DNA of 64,000 nucleotides from Bacilli bacterium (GCA_017441845.1 JAFRVB010000009.1:38841-102840), one strand, 5' to 3'. Shown: positions 18,348 to 28,357, counted from the first letter of the stretch. A program made the numbers and translations. The notes: a model not told the origin generated them from the letters alone.

Positions 18348-18401
18348 TATTGTAAATAAATAATAATTTTGATAAAATGAAATTGTAGTTGAGGTGATAA
18401 T

Positions 18402-18656
18402 ATGGAAAAAGAAAAAACTTCTTTATTCAACATCAAAGATATCAGCGAAAAACAAGTTAGTGATATTTTAACTGAAGTATATGCTTCACTAGAAGAGAGA
18501 GGATATAACTCTATTAATCAAATAGTAGGATATCTAATCAGTGGAGATCCAGGATATATTTCAAGTTATAATGGAGCACGTAAAAAGATTCAAGAAATTG
18601 ATCGTGCTAAAATAGTAGAAATTATTCTTGAAGACTTTTACAAGAATAATAAATGA
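18402..18656 (+). CDS. IreB/UPF0297 family regulatory protein
   Basis: LEERGYNSINQIVGYLISGDPGYI; synteny with ruvX. Confidence 0.9.
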   Translation: MEKEKTSLFNIKDISEKQVSDILTEVYASLEERGYNSINQIVGYLISGDPGYISSYNGARKKIQEIDRAKIVEIILEDFYKNNK

Positions 18657-19069
18657 GATATTTAGGACTTGATTTAGGGTCTCGTACTTTAGGTATCGCA
18701 ATATCTGACGCTACTGGGACTATTGCGTCTACTTATAAGACTATAAGACATAATGAAGATTATAGACATCTTTTGAATGTCGTAAAAGATATAGTAAAAG
18801 AAGAAGAAATTGATGCGATAGTATTAGGATTTCCTAAGAACATGAATAATACTATTGGACCTAAAGCAGAACTTAGTATTGAATTTAAAGAAGAACTTGA
18901 GAAGAAGCTTAATATTCCAATCTACTTACAAGATGAAAGATTAACCACAACTATCGCCACAAATATATTAATAGAAGGAAATATGAATAGAAAAAATCGT
19001 AAGAAAGTTGTTGACCAAGTAGCCGCAACTATTATTCTTCAAGATTTTTTAGATAGAAAGGAAAAATAA
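18653..19069 (+). CDS. ruvX: YqgF/RuvX family pre-16S rRNA nuclease/resolvase
   Basis: LGLDLGSRTLGIA, VLGFP, QDERLTT, VDQVAATIILQ. Confidence 0.93.
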   Translation: MRYLGLDLGSRTLGIAISDATGTIASTYKTIRHNEDYRHLLNVVKDIVKEEEIDAIVLGFPKNMNNTIGPKAELSIEFKEELEKKLNIPIYLQDERLTTTIATNILIEGNMNRKNRKKVVDQVAATIILQDFLDRKEK

Positions 19070-19070
19070 T

Positions 19071-19349
19071 ATGGATAAGAATTCATTCACAATAATTGAT
19101 CCAGAAGGAGTAGAAAAAACATTTGATGTTTTATTTACATTCGATAATGAAGAAACTAAAAAAAGTTATATTATCTATACTGATAATACTTTAGATAGTA
19201 ATGGAAATGTTGAAGTATATGCTTCTATCTATGATCCAAAAGATCCACATTCTAAATTAGAAGAAATTAAAACTGATAAAGAGTGGAAAGTAATTGAAAC
19301 AATTCTTTCTTCAATAGAAGAAGAAATAAAGAATAAAAAAGGTGAATAA
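19071..19349 (+). CDS. DUF1292 family protein
   Basis: FDVLFTFDNEETKKSYIIY...IKTDKEW; position after ruvX. Confidence 0.85.
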   Translation: MDKNSFTIIDPEGVEKTFDVLFTFDNEETKKSYIIYTDNTLDSNGNVEVYASIYDPKDPHSKLEEIKTDKEWKVIETILSSIEEEIKNKKGE

Positions 19350-19374
19350 GAATTAAAAAGGGAGACAACACGAT

Positions 19375-20427
19375 ATGAAACTAAGAAAACCAATTAAGAT
19401 AATTATGATTCTAACAATACTCCTAGTCGCAACAGGAGTGTTTTATGCTTATTTAATTTCCCCTGTAGATAAAAATGATAATACAGCGATTAAAGTTAAA
19501 GTACAAAGAGGAGCAAGTGTTAAACAAATAGCTAAAACTCTAAAACAAGATGACTTGATTAGAAGTGAAACTCTGTTCTTAATAGAGATGAAATTAAATC
19601 ATCATAAATCATTAAAAGCAGCTACTTATACTTTTGATAAAACTATGAACTTAAATGAAATAATTACTAAATTAGAAAATGCTACTAGTATGGGTGAAGT
19701 ACAAATTACTTTTAATGAAGGAGAGCGAATTACTACATATGCTAAACAGATAGCTGATAAAACAGATAATTCTTATGATTATGTATTAAATAGTATGAAA
19801 GATAGGGTATTCTGTGGGCAATTTGTTAATAAATATTGGTTCTTAACTAATGATATTCTTAATCAAAATATTTATTATCCATTAGAAGGATATTTAGCTC
19901 CAGATACATATGATTTTACTAATGAACAAGTTGATTTAACTACTATTATTGAAACTATGTTAGATCAAGAAGAAAAAGTACTTGAACCATATAAATCTAA
20001 AATAGCAAAAAATCCTCATCATTATATAACTATGGCTTCTATTGCTGAGATAGAAGGAACTAATAAAACTAATAAAAAGATGATAGTAGGAATATTTAAT
20101 AATAGATTACAAGCTAATATGAATTTAGGTAGTGATGTTACTACTTATTATGGATTACAAAGATCTTTAAAAGACAAAGTATCATCTGAAGAATTTGCTC
20201 AGACTAATGCCTATAATACTAGAAGTGTAAATATGGCTGGTAAGATGCCTGTTGGACCAATAAGTAATCCATCTAAAGAAAGTATTGAAGCTAGTGTTTA
20301 TCCAACTAAGAATGATTATTATTTCTTTGTAGCTGATAAACATAGAAAGATATATTATTCTAAAAATCAAGTTGAACATGATAGAACAATCGCAAGACTT
20401 AAAGAAAGTGGTGATTGGCTTTGGTAG
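19375..20427 (+). CDS. mltG: Endolytic transglycosylase MltG
   Basis: N-terminal TM, LEGYLAPDTY, ASIAEIE, YNT...PVGPISNPS, YYFFV. Confidence 0.92.
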   Translation: MKLRKPIKIIMILTILLVATGVFYAYLISPVDKNDNTAIKVKVQRGASVKQIAKTLKQDDLIRSETLFLIEMKLNHHKSLKAATYTFDKTMNLNEIITKLENATSMGEVQITFNEGERITTYAKQIADKTDNSYDYVLNSMKDRVFCGQFVNKYWFLTNDILNQNIYYPLEGYLAPDTYDFTNEQVDLTTIIETMLDQEEKVLEPYKSKIAKNPHHYITMASIAEIEGTNKTNKKMIVGIFNNRLQANMNLGSDVTTYYGLQRSLKDKVSSEEFAQTNAYNTRSVNMAGKMPVGPISNPSKESIEASVYPTKNDYYFFVADKHRKIYYSKNQVEHDRTIARLKESGDWLW

Positions 20428-21029
20428 AAACTTATAAGGAATTAATTCAAGAGATAATGGATTATGCAGAAGAAAATAAGATTCCTATTATGCAACAAGA
20501 AGGTATTATTTATTTAACTAATTATATTGAAAATAATAATATTCATAGTGTACTTGAAATTGGAACAGCTATAGGTTTTTCTGCTATAATGATGGCTCTT
20601 ACTAAAGATGATATCCATATAACTAGTATTGAAAAAGATGAAGAAAGATATATGGAAGCTTTAAAAAATGTTAAGAAGTTAGGTTTAGAAGATAAAATAA
20701 CTTTACTGTATAAAGATGCTTTAGAAGTATCATTAAATAATACTTATGATTGTATTTTTATAGATGCAGCTAAATCTAAAAATACTGAGTTTTTTGAAAA
20801 GTTTTCTCCTAAACTAAATGAACATGGAACTATTATTACTGATAATATGAAATTTCATGGTTATGTAGATAAAGATGAATCTGAAATTAAAAATAGAAAT
20901 CTACGTGGTTTAGTTAGAAAAGTAAAAGAATATAGAGAATTCTTAAAGAATAATAAAAAGTTTGAAACAGACTTTTTAGATGATATAGGAGACGGTATCG
21001 CAGTATCAAGAAAAAGAGAAGAAAAATAG
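20415..21029 (+). CDS. SAM-dependent O-methyltransferase (YrrM/TrmR-like)
   Basis: VLEIGTAIGFSA, IFIDAAK, ITDN, GDG; synteny with mltG and U32 genes. Confidence 0.88.
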   Translation: MALVETYKELIQEIMDYAEENKIPIMQQEGIIYLTNYIENNNIHSVLEIGTAIGFSAIMMALTKDDIHITSIEKDEERYMEALKNVKKLGLEDKITLLYKDALEVSLNNTYDCIFIDAAKSKNTEFFEKFSPKLNEHGTIITDNMKFHGYVDKDESEIKNRNLRGLVRKVKEYREFLKNNKKFETDFLDDIGDGIAVSRKREEK

Positions 21030-21038
21030 GAGTTATTT

Positions 21039-21815
21039 ATGTTTAATAAGTTTAATCTAGATAATCATTATGAAGAAGTATCTAGTAATAAAAAAAATAA
21101 CAATTATAAAAAAATAGATAATTCAACACTAAGATTAATAGCAATCGTATCAATTGCGTTTATAGGGCTATTAGTCTTTTTAGGTATAGATAAAATAATG
21201 AATAATAAGAGTATAACTTTTAGACAAGATAATTCTAAAGATATAGTATATACATTATATGAAAGTAAAAAAGCAGATCAAAAGATCCCTTATTTTAATA
21301 CTAGTAATAAAGATTTACAGTTAATTAATGATAATATTTCTAAATATGTAAAACCTTATCTAAATAATTCAAAAGTAAAAATAAGTTATGATTATAATTT
21401 AAGTGGAATAATACTTTCTTTAGTAGTAAAAATTTATAATGAAGAAAATTATTCTGTTAAATTTAGATCATATAATATTAATTTAGATGAAGAATCTCTA
21501 TTAAGTGATGAATATCTATTAAATTATTATTCTATAGATTCATCTGAAATAAAACAAAAAGTAAAAACAAAATTAAATGATTATTATTTAGATGAAGCAG
21601 GTAAATATTTTGAATTACAAGAAGTGGATTTTGATAGATATTTAGAAATGAGATTATTTAACTCTATTGATACTAAGGATTATGCCTATTATGTAAAAAA
21701 TGGAAAATTAACAGCATATGTTCCTTTTAATCCATATTCTATATATGGAGAAGAAGAGTATTTTACAGAAGATCGTTTTAATATTACTTTAAGTAAGGCT
21801 CCTGAGGAAAGATAG
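21039..21815 (+). CDS. Single-pass membrane protein, extracellular domain resembling DUF4163/DUF3298 (RsiV/PdaC-like)
   Basis: One TM; IPYFN...ILSLVVKI...SYNINL...LLS pattern. Confidence 0.5.
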   Translation: MFNKFNLDNHYEEVSSNKKNNNYKKIDNSTLRLIAIVSIAFIGLLVFLGIDKIMNNKSITFRQDNSKDIVYTLYESKKADQKIPYFNTSNKDLQLINDNISKYVKPYLNNSKVKISYDYNLSGIILSLVVKIYNEENYSVKFRSYNINLDEESLLSDEYLLNYYSIDSSEIKQKVKTKLNDYYLDEAGKYFELQEVDFDRYLEMRLFNSIDTKDYAYYVKNGKLTAYVPFNPYSIYGEEEYFTEDRFNITLSKAPEER

Positions 21816-21824
21816 GAGGAAGTT

Positions 21825-22757
21825 ATGAATTATATTAATATTTTAGCTGGATGTAATTCTACACTTGGTACTTGTTGTAAAGATTATGGATTAGTAAAAA
21901 TATTAGCTATTTATGATAATGTTTTCTCCTTGATTCAGATCTTAGTACCAATACTATTATTATTATCTGCTTCAGCTCAATTATTTAGAATGTTAAGACA
22001 ACCAGAAGAAAAGAAACATATAAAGTCTTTAAGAGCTAAATTTCATGCAGCTGCTATAGTATTTGTTATACCAATATTTGTAAATTTAGTTATCGCAATA
22101 GCTACTGATAATTCTGATTTACAAAAGTATGAAACACTAGCTTGTTTAAAAGAGGCTAAACATACTGTTAGTTCTATGAATAAACAAGGTAATTATATAA
22201 AGAAGAATTCCAGTAATAAAGGTAGCGGACCTATGATTATAGATCCTAGTAAATATAAAGGTACTGATGGTAATCCTAATGCTTCAGAAGGAACTTATTC
22301 TACTAATTCAAGTAGTGATGATTCGTCTACTAATAGTTCCGATACTAGAAATTATGCAGTTACCACAACTTCTGATGGTAAAAAAGTAGTAAGTTATGCT
22401 AAACAATTCTTAGGTAAAGCATATCAATATGGTGGTCAATGGAATGGCTCTCCTACCTATACACCAACTGATTGTAGTGGGTTTGTCAAAGGAGTTTATG
22501 CTCACTTTGGATATAATATCCCAAGAGTCGCTGGAGCTTCTTACTATAATTCAAGTAGTGCTTTAAAGAAAGTTTCAAATAGTAACTTACAAGCAGGAGA
22601 CTTAGTATTATATTCTGGGCATGTCGCTATGCTAACAGGTAATGGAAAAGAGATAATCCATGCTTCAAATAGAAAAGATGGAATAAAATTAACTTCAACG
22701 TATGCTTATCGTGGAGGAAATATACTAGGTTTTTATAGAGTAAAAGGTATAAGCTAA
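21825..22757 (+). CDS. VirB2/TrbC-like pilin domain fused to NlpC/P60 cell-wall peptidase
   Basis: N-terminal two-TM hairpin aligns by eye with ORF 41980; S/N/T linker; C-terminal YQYGG, DCSGF, GHVAM, IIHAS. Confidence 0.8.
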   Translation: MNYINILAGCNSTLGTCCKDYGLVKILAIYDNVFSLIQILVPILLLLSASAQLFRMLRQPEEKKHIKSLRAKFHAAAIVFVIPIFVNLVIAIATDNSDLQKYETLACLKEAKHTVSSMNKQGNYIKKNSSNKGSGPMIIDPSKYKGTDGNPNASEGTYSTNSSSDDSSTNSSDTRNYAVTTTSDGKKVVSYAKQFLGKAYQYGGQWNGSPTYTPTDCSGFVKGVYAHFGYNIPRVAGASYYNSSSALKKVSNSNLQAGDLVLYSGHVAMLTGNGKEIIHASNRKDGIKLTSTYAYRGGNILGFYRVKGIS

Positions 22758-22819
22758 AAAATAAAGTCTAACTTTATTTTTTTATTTATTTATCATATAA
22801 TATGAACGGGTGGACTACT

Positions 22820-23677
22820 ATGAAATTATTAATAGAAAAAATTGATAATAACTTTAAAAATCTAAATGTAGATGGAATAATTCTAGCTTTAAAAGATTTA
22901 TCTATTCAAAGTATAAAATACTATTCAATTGATGAAATAAAATCTATTAAAGAAGAATATCCTAATCTAGAAATATTCATTAAAATAAATAAAAATATTA
23001 TGAATAAAGATTTAGATTTATTGAAAGAAAGTTTAATTGAATTAGATAAGTTAAATATTAATGGAGTATTCTTCTATGATTTAGCTTTTTTACAATTAAA
23101 GAAAGAATTAAATCTTTCCATAGATTTAGTATGGGATCAAACTCATATGGTTAATAATTATAAGACATGTGATTACTATAATTCCTTAGGAGTAAAATAT
23201 GCTTTATTAAGTAAAGAAATAACTCTAAATGAAATAAAAACTATAATTGAAAAATCTAAAATAACTTCTATGGTAGAAGTAGTCTCAGTACCTAGTATAG
23301 CTTTTTCTAAAAGAAAGTTATTAACAAGTTATTTTAAAAATATAAATAAAGAATTAAAAGAAGAAATAGAAGTAATAGAGAAAGTATCTAATAATAAATA
23401 TATAGTTATGGAAGATAATAATGGTACTAGTTTTTATGATGCGAACATAGTTAATGGTACTTCTCTAATTAAAGATTTATATGAAATGAATTGTCCATAT
23501 ATAATTATGAGAGAATATAAAATACCTAAGTTTGATGAATTGGTTAATGATACTAAAGAATATATTGATAATAAATGTATAGATACTAAGTATATTGATA
23601 AATACAAAGTTTTAGGAGATAATACTAATTTCTTCTATAAAGAAACTATATATAGGGTGAAGAAAAATGAAAAATAA
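22820..23677 (+). CDS. Peptidase U32 family protein (YrrN/TrhP2-like)
   Basis: LVWDQTHMVNN, LLSKEITL; directly upstream of the second U32 gene. Confidence 0.75.
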   Translation: MKLLIEKIDNNFKNLNVDGIILALKDLSIQSIKYYSIDEIKSIKEEYPNLEIFIKINKNIMNKDLDLLKESLIELDKLNINGVFFYDLAFLQLKKELNLSIDLVWDQTHMVNNYKTCDYYNSLGVKYALLSKEITLNEIKTIIEKSKITSMVEVVSVPSIAFSKRKLLTSYFKNINKELKEEIEVIEKVSNNKYIVMEDNNGTSFYDANIVNGTSLIKDLYEMNCPYIIMREYKIPKFDELVNDTKEYIDNKCIDTKYIDKYKVLGDNTNFFYKETIYRVKKNEK

Positions 23678-24857
23678 GAGAATAGAATTATTGTCTCCCG
23701 CAGGAGATTTAGAAAGATTAAAAGTAACACTTCTTTATGGCGCAGATGCTGTATATTTTGGAGGAGAGAAATACTCTCTAAGAGCTAATGCGACTAATTT
23801 TTCATTAGATGAAATTAGAGAAGGATGTGAATTTGCTCATAAACTAGGTAAAAGAGTACATTTAACTTTAAATATAGTTTTTCATAATGAAGATATGGAT
23901 GGAGTAGAGGAGTACATTAAAGATGTAGTGGATTGTGGAATAGATGCTTTTATCGTAAGTGATCCATTTATTATTTCACATATTAAGACTAATTATCCTC
24001 AAGTAGAAGTACACTTATCTACTCAAAACTCTACTACTAACTATGAAGCAATTAATTTCTTTGGTTCTCAAAAAGTAGATAGAGTAGTACTAGCTAGAGA
24101 ATTAAGTAAAGATGAAATAAAAGAGATAATTGATAATACCGATGTCGATATTGAAACATTTATTCATGGCGCTATGTGCACATGTTTTTCAGGAAGATGT
24201 GCTCTATCTAACTATGTAACTAACAGAGATGCTAATCGAGGAGGATGTTCTCAAGTATGTAGATTTACATTCTCTAATGGTAATGAAGAAGATTTCTCAC
24301 TAGCTACTAAAGATATGAATATGTCAAATTATATTAAAGATTTAATAGACATTGGAGTAACCTCTCTAAAAGTAGAAGGTCGTATGAGATCTTTATATTA
24401 TCTAGCTACTGTTATAGGTACTTATCGTAAGATAATAGATGAGATTTATGATAATACTTTGACTGATGAGAAGATGAAAATCTATGAAGAAAGATTAAAT
24501 AGAGTAGCTAATAGAGAAACTTCATCACATTACTTCTTAAAAGAAGCAGATGAAACTGATCAGTATTTTACAGGTAGACAAGAAATATCTAATCAAGATT
24601 ATCTAGGACAAGTTATTTCTTATGAAAATAATTTAATTAAATTCTATGAAAGAAACTATTTTGAAATAGGGGACACAGTAGAACTATTTACTCCTAAAGG
24701 AGATAGTATTACTTTTATAGTTGAAGAATTATTAGATGAAGAACAAAATAAAATAGATGTCGCAAGACATCCAGATAATATCTATTATTTAAAAATAGAT
24801 ACTGATATAGATATACCAGAGTATTCTATGTTAAGATTAGTAAAAAGAAATAAATAA
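23667..24857 (+). CDS. Peptidase U32 family tRNA hydroxylation protein (YrrO/TrhP1-like)
   Basis: ELLSPAG, GADAVY, HLSTQ, HGAMC..SGRC, RGGCSQVCR, SLKVEGR. Confidence 0.9.
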   Translation: MKNKRIELLSPAGDLERLKVTLLYGADAVYFGGEKYSLRANATNFSLDEIREGCEFAHKLGKRVHLTLNIVFHNEDMDGVEEYIKDVVDCGIDAFIVSDPFIISHIKTNYPQVEVHLSTQNSTTNYEAINFFGSQKVDRVVLARELSKDEIKEIIDNTDVDIETFIHGAMCTCFSGRCALSNYVTNRDANRGGCSQVCRFTFSNGNEEDFSLATKDMNMSNYIKDLIDIGVTSLKVEGRMRSLYYLATVIGTYRKIIDEIYDNTLTDEKMKIYEERLNRVANRETSSHYFLKEADETDQYFTGRQEISNQDYLGQVISYENNLIKFYERNYFEIGDTVELFTPKGDSITFIVEELLDEEQNKIDVARHPDNIYYLKIDTDIDIPEYSMLRLVKRNK

Positions 24858-24871
24858 TACTAGGAGGATAT

Positions 24872-26494
24872 ATGAAAAGAATAAAACTTTTAAATTTATT
24901 ATTTAGTTTTTTCATTTCAATTTCAATAAATCTAAAATTAATAATAGATAATAATCTAAATTATTTTATAAAACATAATATTATTAATTTTACTTTTATT
25001 ATGAAAATAATTGGTATTACAATACTAGTATATTTTATATTAGAATTATTATTCTATGTACTTGATAAAGTACCATTAAAAAATAAAGAATTAAATTTAA
25101 ATAAGAAAAAGATTTTTATTATATTCATATGTATCTTTATACCTTCAATGATATATTTATTATCACATTATCCAGGAGTATATTTGAATGATACTATGTT
25201 TATGATTTATTCTCCTATATTAAGAGGAGCTCCAATAATATTTAGTTTATTTCTTGCAGCTTCTTTTCATATATTATCTAATTTTTTTGGTAATTTTAAT
25301 GCGATATTTATAATGTCAACTACTCAAGTATTAATCGCAAGTATAATACTTACATATATAGTTTATTGGTTTAATAATAAAACACATAATAAGATATTAA
25401 CTATTCTTTTAATTTTATATTATGTATTAACACCTATACTTGCTAATTACAATGTTGCTTTAAATAAAGATACACCATTTGCTTTACTAATATTATTATT
25501 CTTTACTTTTATATGCGACATAGTAGAATCAAAAGGAAAACTTCTTTCTGATAAAGGGATATTAATATTATTAGTAGCTATATCTTGTTTATCAATTTGT
25601 ATAAGAAATAATGGTCTTTATATAGCTATTATATCTATATTACTTTTATTTATTATTTATGGAATAAAAAATTATAAAAAAGAATGTAGTATTGTTTTAA
25701 TTTTAATTATTCTATTCTCATTTTTACCAGTTGTTTTGGTGAATGTACTACATGCTGAAAAATTAAAAAGAGAGTATTATGGAGTACCTATTCAACAAGT
25801 TTGTTATTTAGTAAAATATCATCCAGATAAATTAAATAAAAAAGATTATAATACATTATCTAAATTTATAAAAGATCCTAAAAAGACTATTCCTGAAAAG
25901 TATGATGTTTATACAGTAGATTCAATAAAATTCCAAGAAGAATTTGATTCAGATAAGTTTAATAAATCTTCTAAAGAATTTTTATCTCTTTGGATTAGAA
26001 AGTATCCAAGTAATATTTCATCATATACTAAGAGTTATTTATTAAATTCTTATCACTTATGGTCGATAAATAAACTTGAAACTGGTCAAAGTACGTTTAG
26101 AGCTGCTTCTATGGATGGACCTCAAGGAGAAGAAGTTTATAATAAACAGATTCTTCCTCAAAAGATTCAAGATAGCTTACTTAAGTTTTATGATAAATAT
26201 AATACTTATTTAAATCCAGCAGGATGTTTTATATTATTATTAATAATTAATTTATATGCATATTATAGAAAGAAAAAAGATATTATAATTATCAGTATTC
26301 CATTATTTGTAGTATGGTTTATCTTGATGTTGGGATCACCACAATCTGGTGCTTTAAGATATATGTCTCCATATCTTTATATATTACCTATAATTGGATT
26401 ATATACATTTAAAATAACAAGAAAGGATGATAAACATGGATTGTCTAGAACAAGCAAAACTAAACTTTCTAAGAAAAGAAAAAGATCTGTCTGA
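24872..26494 (+). CDS. Polytopic membrane protein, DUF6020-like (possible GT-C glycosyltransferase)
   Basis: About 12 TM; YPG...NDT, KDTPF, RNNG, PIQQV, LRY motifs. Confidence 0.6.
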   Translation: MKRIKLLNLLFSFFISISINLKLIIDNNLNYFIKHNIINFTFIMKIIGITILVYFILELLFYVLDKVPLKNKELNLNKKKIFIIFICIFIPSMIYLLSHYPGVYLNDTMFMIYSPILRGAPIIFSLFLAASFHILSNFFGNFNAIFIMSTTQVLIASIILTYIVYWFNNKTHNKILTILLILYYVLTPILANYNVALNKDTPFALLILLFFTFICDIVESKGKLLSDKGILILLVAISCLSICIRNNGLYIAIISILLLFIIYGIKNYKKECSIVLILIILFSFLPVVLVNVLHAEKLKREYYGVPIQQVCYLVKYHPDKLNKKDYNTLSKFIKDPKKTIPEKYDVYTVDSIKFQEEFDSDKFNKSSKEFLSLWIRKYPSNISSYTKSYLLNSYHLWSINKLETGQSTFRAASMDGPQGEEVYNKQILPQKIQDSLLKFYDKYNTYLNPAGCFILLLIINLYAYYRKKKDIIIISIPLFVVWFILMLGSPQSGALRYMSPYLYILPIIGLYTFKITRKDDKHGLSRTSKTKLSKKRKRSV

Positions 26495-27578
26495 ATATGC
26501 GACTTTATCAACTTCTGCAATACGTTTGAAAGAAGAAGAGAAAGTTGATATTAGACCTGATTATTATAGAGATATTGATAGAATCATTTACTCATTAAGT
26601 TTCTTAAGATATCAAAAGAAAACTCAAGTATTTTCTTTTCCTGATAATGATCATATATCTCATCGAATGATTCATGTTCAATTTGTCAGTAAGATTGCGC
26701 GTACTATTGGTAGAAGTCTTAATCTAAATGAAGATTTAATTGAAGCTATTGCTTTGGGTCATGATATTGGTCATACTCCTTTAGGTCATACTGGAGAAGC
26801 TATGTTAAATAAGATATCTCAAAGAGAGTTAGGGGAGTACTTTGCTCATAATGTCCAAAGTGTAAGGAACTTAATGTTTGTTGAGAAAAATGGAGAAGGT
26901 TTAAATCTATCTGTTCAAGTATTAGATGGAATATTCTGCCATAATGGAGAGATTCTAGAACCTATCTATAAACCAATGAAAAAATCAAAAGAAGAATTCT
27001 TAGATATGTATAATACTGCTTATAAAGATTTAGCTAAAACTAAAAAATGTTCAGCTATGACTTTAGAAGGATGTGTCGTAAGAATATCTGATATTATTGC
27101 ATATGTTGGTAGAGATATCGAAGATGCGATTAGATTAAAAAAGATAAAAAAAGAAGATTTACCAGAGAGTATTACTAGTGTACTAGGTACTACAAATAGG
27201 GAGATAATTAATAAAGTAGTAATTGATATAATCACTGAAAGTATGAATAAACCTTATATCAAATTAAGTGATGAAGTATATAAAGCTTTACTTGATCTAA
27301 AGAAGTTTAATTCAATAAATATTTATAAGAAATCTATGACTCAAGAAGAATATGATTATTATGAGAATGGAATGGAAGAATTGTTTGAACAGTACTTAAA
27401 AGATATTAGAGAAAATAATAAAGATTCTGTTATTAATGATTCGTTTTTAAAAGATCAAAATGAACTATATTTAAAAAATACTTCTGATAAGAGAAAGGTA
27501 ATAGATTTTATAGCTGGAATGACTGATTATATGTTTGATAAAGAGGTATCAAAATTAACCAAAAAACTTGCGAAATAA
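26436..27578 (+). CDS. HD-domain dNTP triphosphohydrolase (dGTPase-like)
   Basis: RDIDRIIYS..F.R.QKKTQVF, HRMIH, GHDIGHTPLGH, SDIIAY...DIED, DFIAGMTD. Confidence 0.9.
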   Translation: MDCLEQAKLNFLRKEKDLSEYATLSTSAIRLKEEEKVDIRPDYYRDIDRIIYSLSFLRYQKKTQVFSFPDNDHISHRMIHVQFVSKIARTIGRSLNLNEDLIEAIALGHDIGHTPLGHTGEAMLNKISQRELGEYFAHNVQSVRNLMFVEKNGEGLNLSVQVLDGIFCHNGEILEPIYKPMKKSKEEFLDMYNTAYKDLAKTKKCSAMTLEGCVVRISDIIAYVGRDIEDAIRLKKIKKEDLPESITSVLGTTNREIINKVVIDIITESMNKPYIKLSDEVYKALLDLKKFNSINIYKKSMTQEEYDYYENGMEELFEQYLKDIRENNKDSVINDSFLKDQNELYLKNTSDKRKVIDFIAGMTDYMFDKEVSKLTKKLAK

Positions 27579-27596
27579 CACTTTTTATGGTATAAT
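27568..27596 (+). promoter_or_regulatory. Upstream greA promoter P1
   Basis: TTGCGA-17 nt-TATAAT with extended TG. Confidence 0.65.
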
Positions 27597-27652
27597 TATG
27601 CAATGTAATTGAAGGGGACTTTAGGTCCCCTATAAATTTCATAAAAAAATTC

Positions 27653-27681
27653 TTGCTAAAAAAAATTACTTGTGATATAGT
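27653..27681 (+). promoter_or_regulatory. Proximal greA promoter P2
   Basis: TTGCTA-17 nt-TATAGT with extended TG. Confidence 0.6.
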
Positions 27682-27723
27682 TATGCATGTTAAGTGTAAA
27701 AATACGAAATAGAGGTGATTATA

Positions 27724-28194
27724 ATGCCAAACAAAAATACAGTTTATTTAACAGAAGAAGGATTAAAAGAATTACAAAGTGAGCTAGATAATTTAATTAA
27801 TGTTAAACGTCCAGCAAACATCGAAGCTATCAAAGAAGCTAGATCTTTCGGAGATTTATCTGAAAACTCTGAATATGATGCTGCACGTAATGAACAAGCT
27901 CAAATCGAATCAAGAATTAAAGAAGTAGAAAAAATGTTAGAAAACGTTTCTATCATCAAAGATATTGCTACTGATAAAGTATCAATTGGAAATACTGTTA
28001 AAGTAAAATATGTTGATGAAGATGACGAAGATGAATATAAGATTGTAGGTTCACAAGAGGCTGATCCATTTGAAGGTAAAATATCAAATGAAAGTCCTAT
28101 TGCTGCTGCATTATTAAATCATAAACTAGGAGATACTGTTACAGTTGAATCACCTAATGGTAGTTATGACATCGAAATAACAGCGATAAGCTAA
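27724..28194 (+). CDS. greA: Transcription elongation factor GreA
   Basis: ARSFGDLSENSEYDAAR, ISNESPIAAALL. Confidence 0.96.
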   Translation: MPNKNTVYLTEEGLKELQSELDNLINVKRPANIEAIKEARSFGDLSENSEYDAARNEQAQIESRIKEVEKMLENVSIIKDIATDKVSIGNTVKVKYVDEDDEDEYKIVGSQEADPFEGKISNESPIAAALLNHKLGDTVTVESPNGSYDIEITAIS

Positions 28195-28195
28195 T

Positions 28196-28357
28196 ATGGA
28201 TAAGATAATAAAACCAGAGATAAAATCAGTACTTGGAATAGCTGTATTACTATTAGTTTTAGGAACAGTAATAACTATTGGATTAACTAATCTAATTCAA
28301 AAAACTTATAGTAATAATGACAGTGTTTACAGTCAAGTTACATTTTTATACAAATAA
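28196..28357 (+). CDS. Small (53 aa) single-TM protein, not in ORF track
   Basis: MDKIIKPEIKSVLGIAVLLLVLGTVITIGLTNLIQKTYSNNDSVYSQVTFLYK; ATG 1 nt after greA stop; ends at the terminator. Confidence 0.6.
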   Translation: MDKIIKPEIKSVLGIAVLLLVLGTVITIGLTNLIQKTYSNNDSVYSQVTFLYK

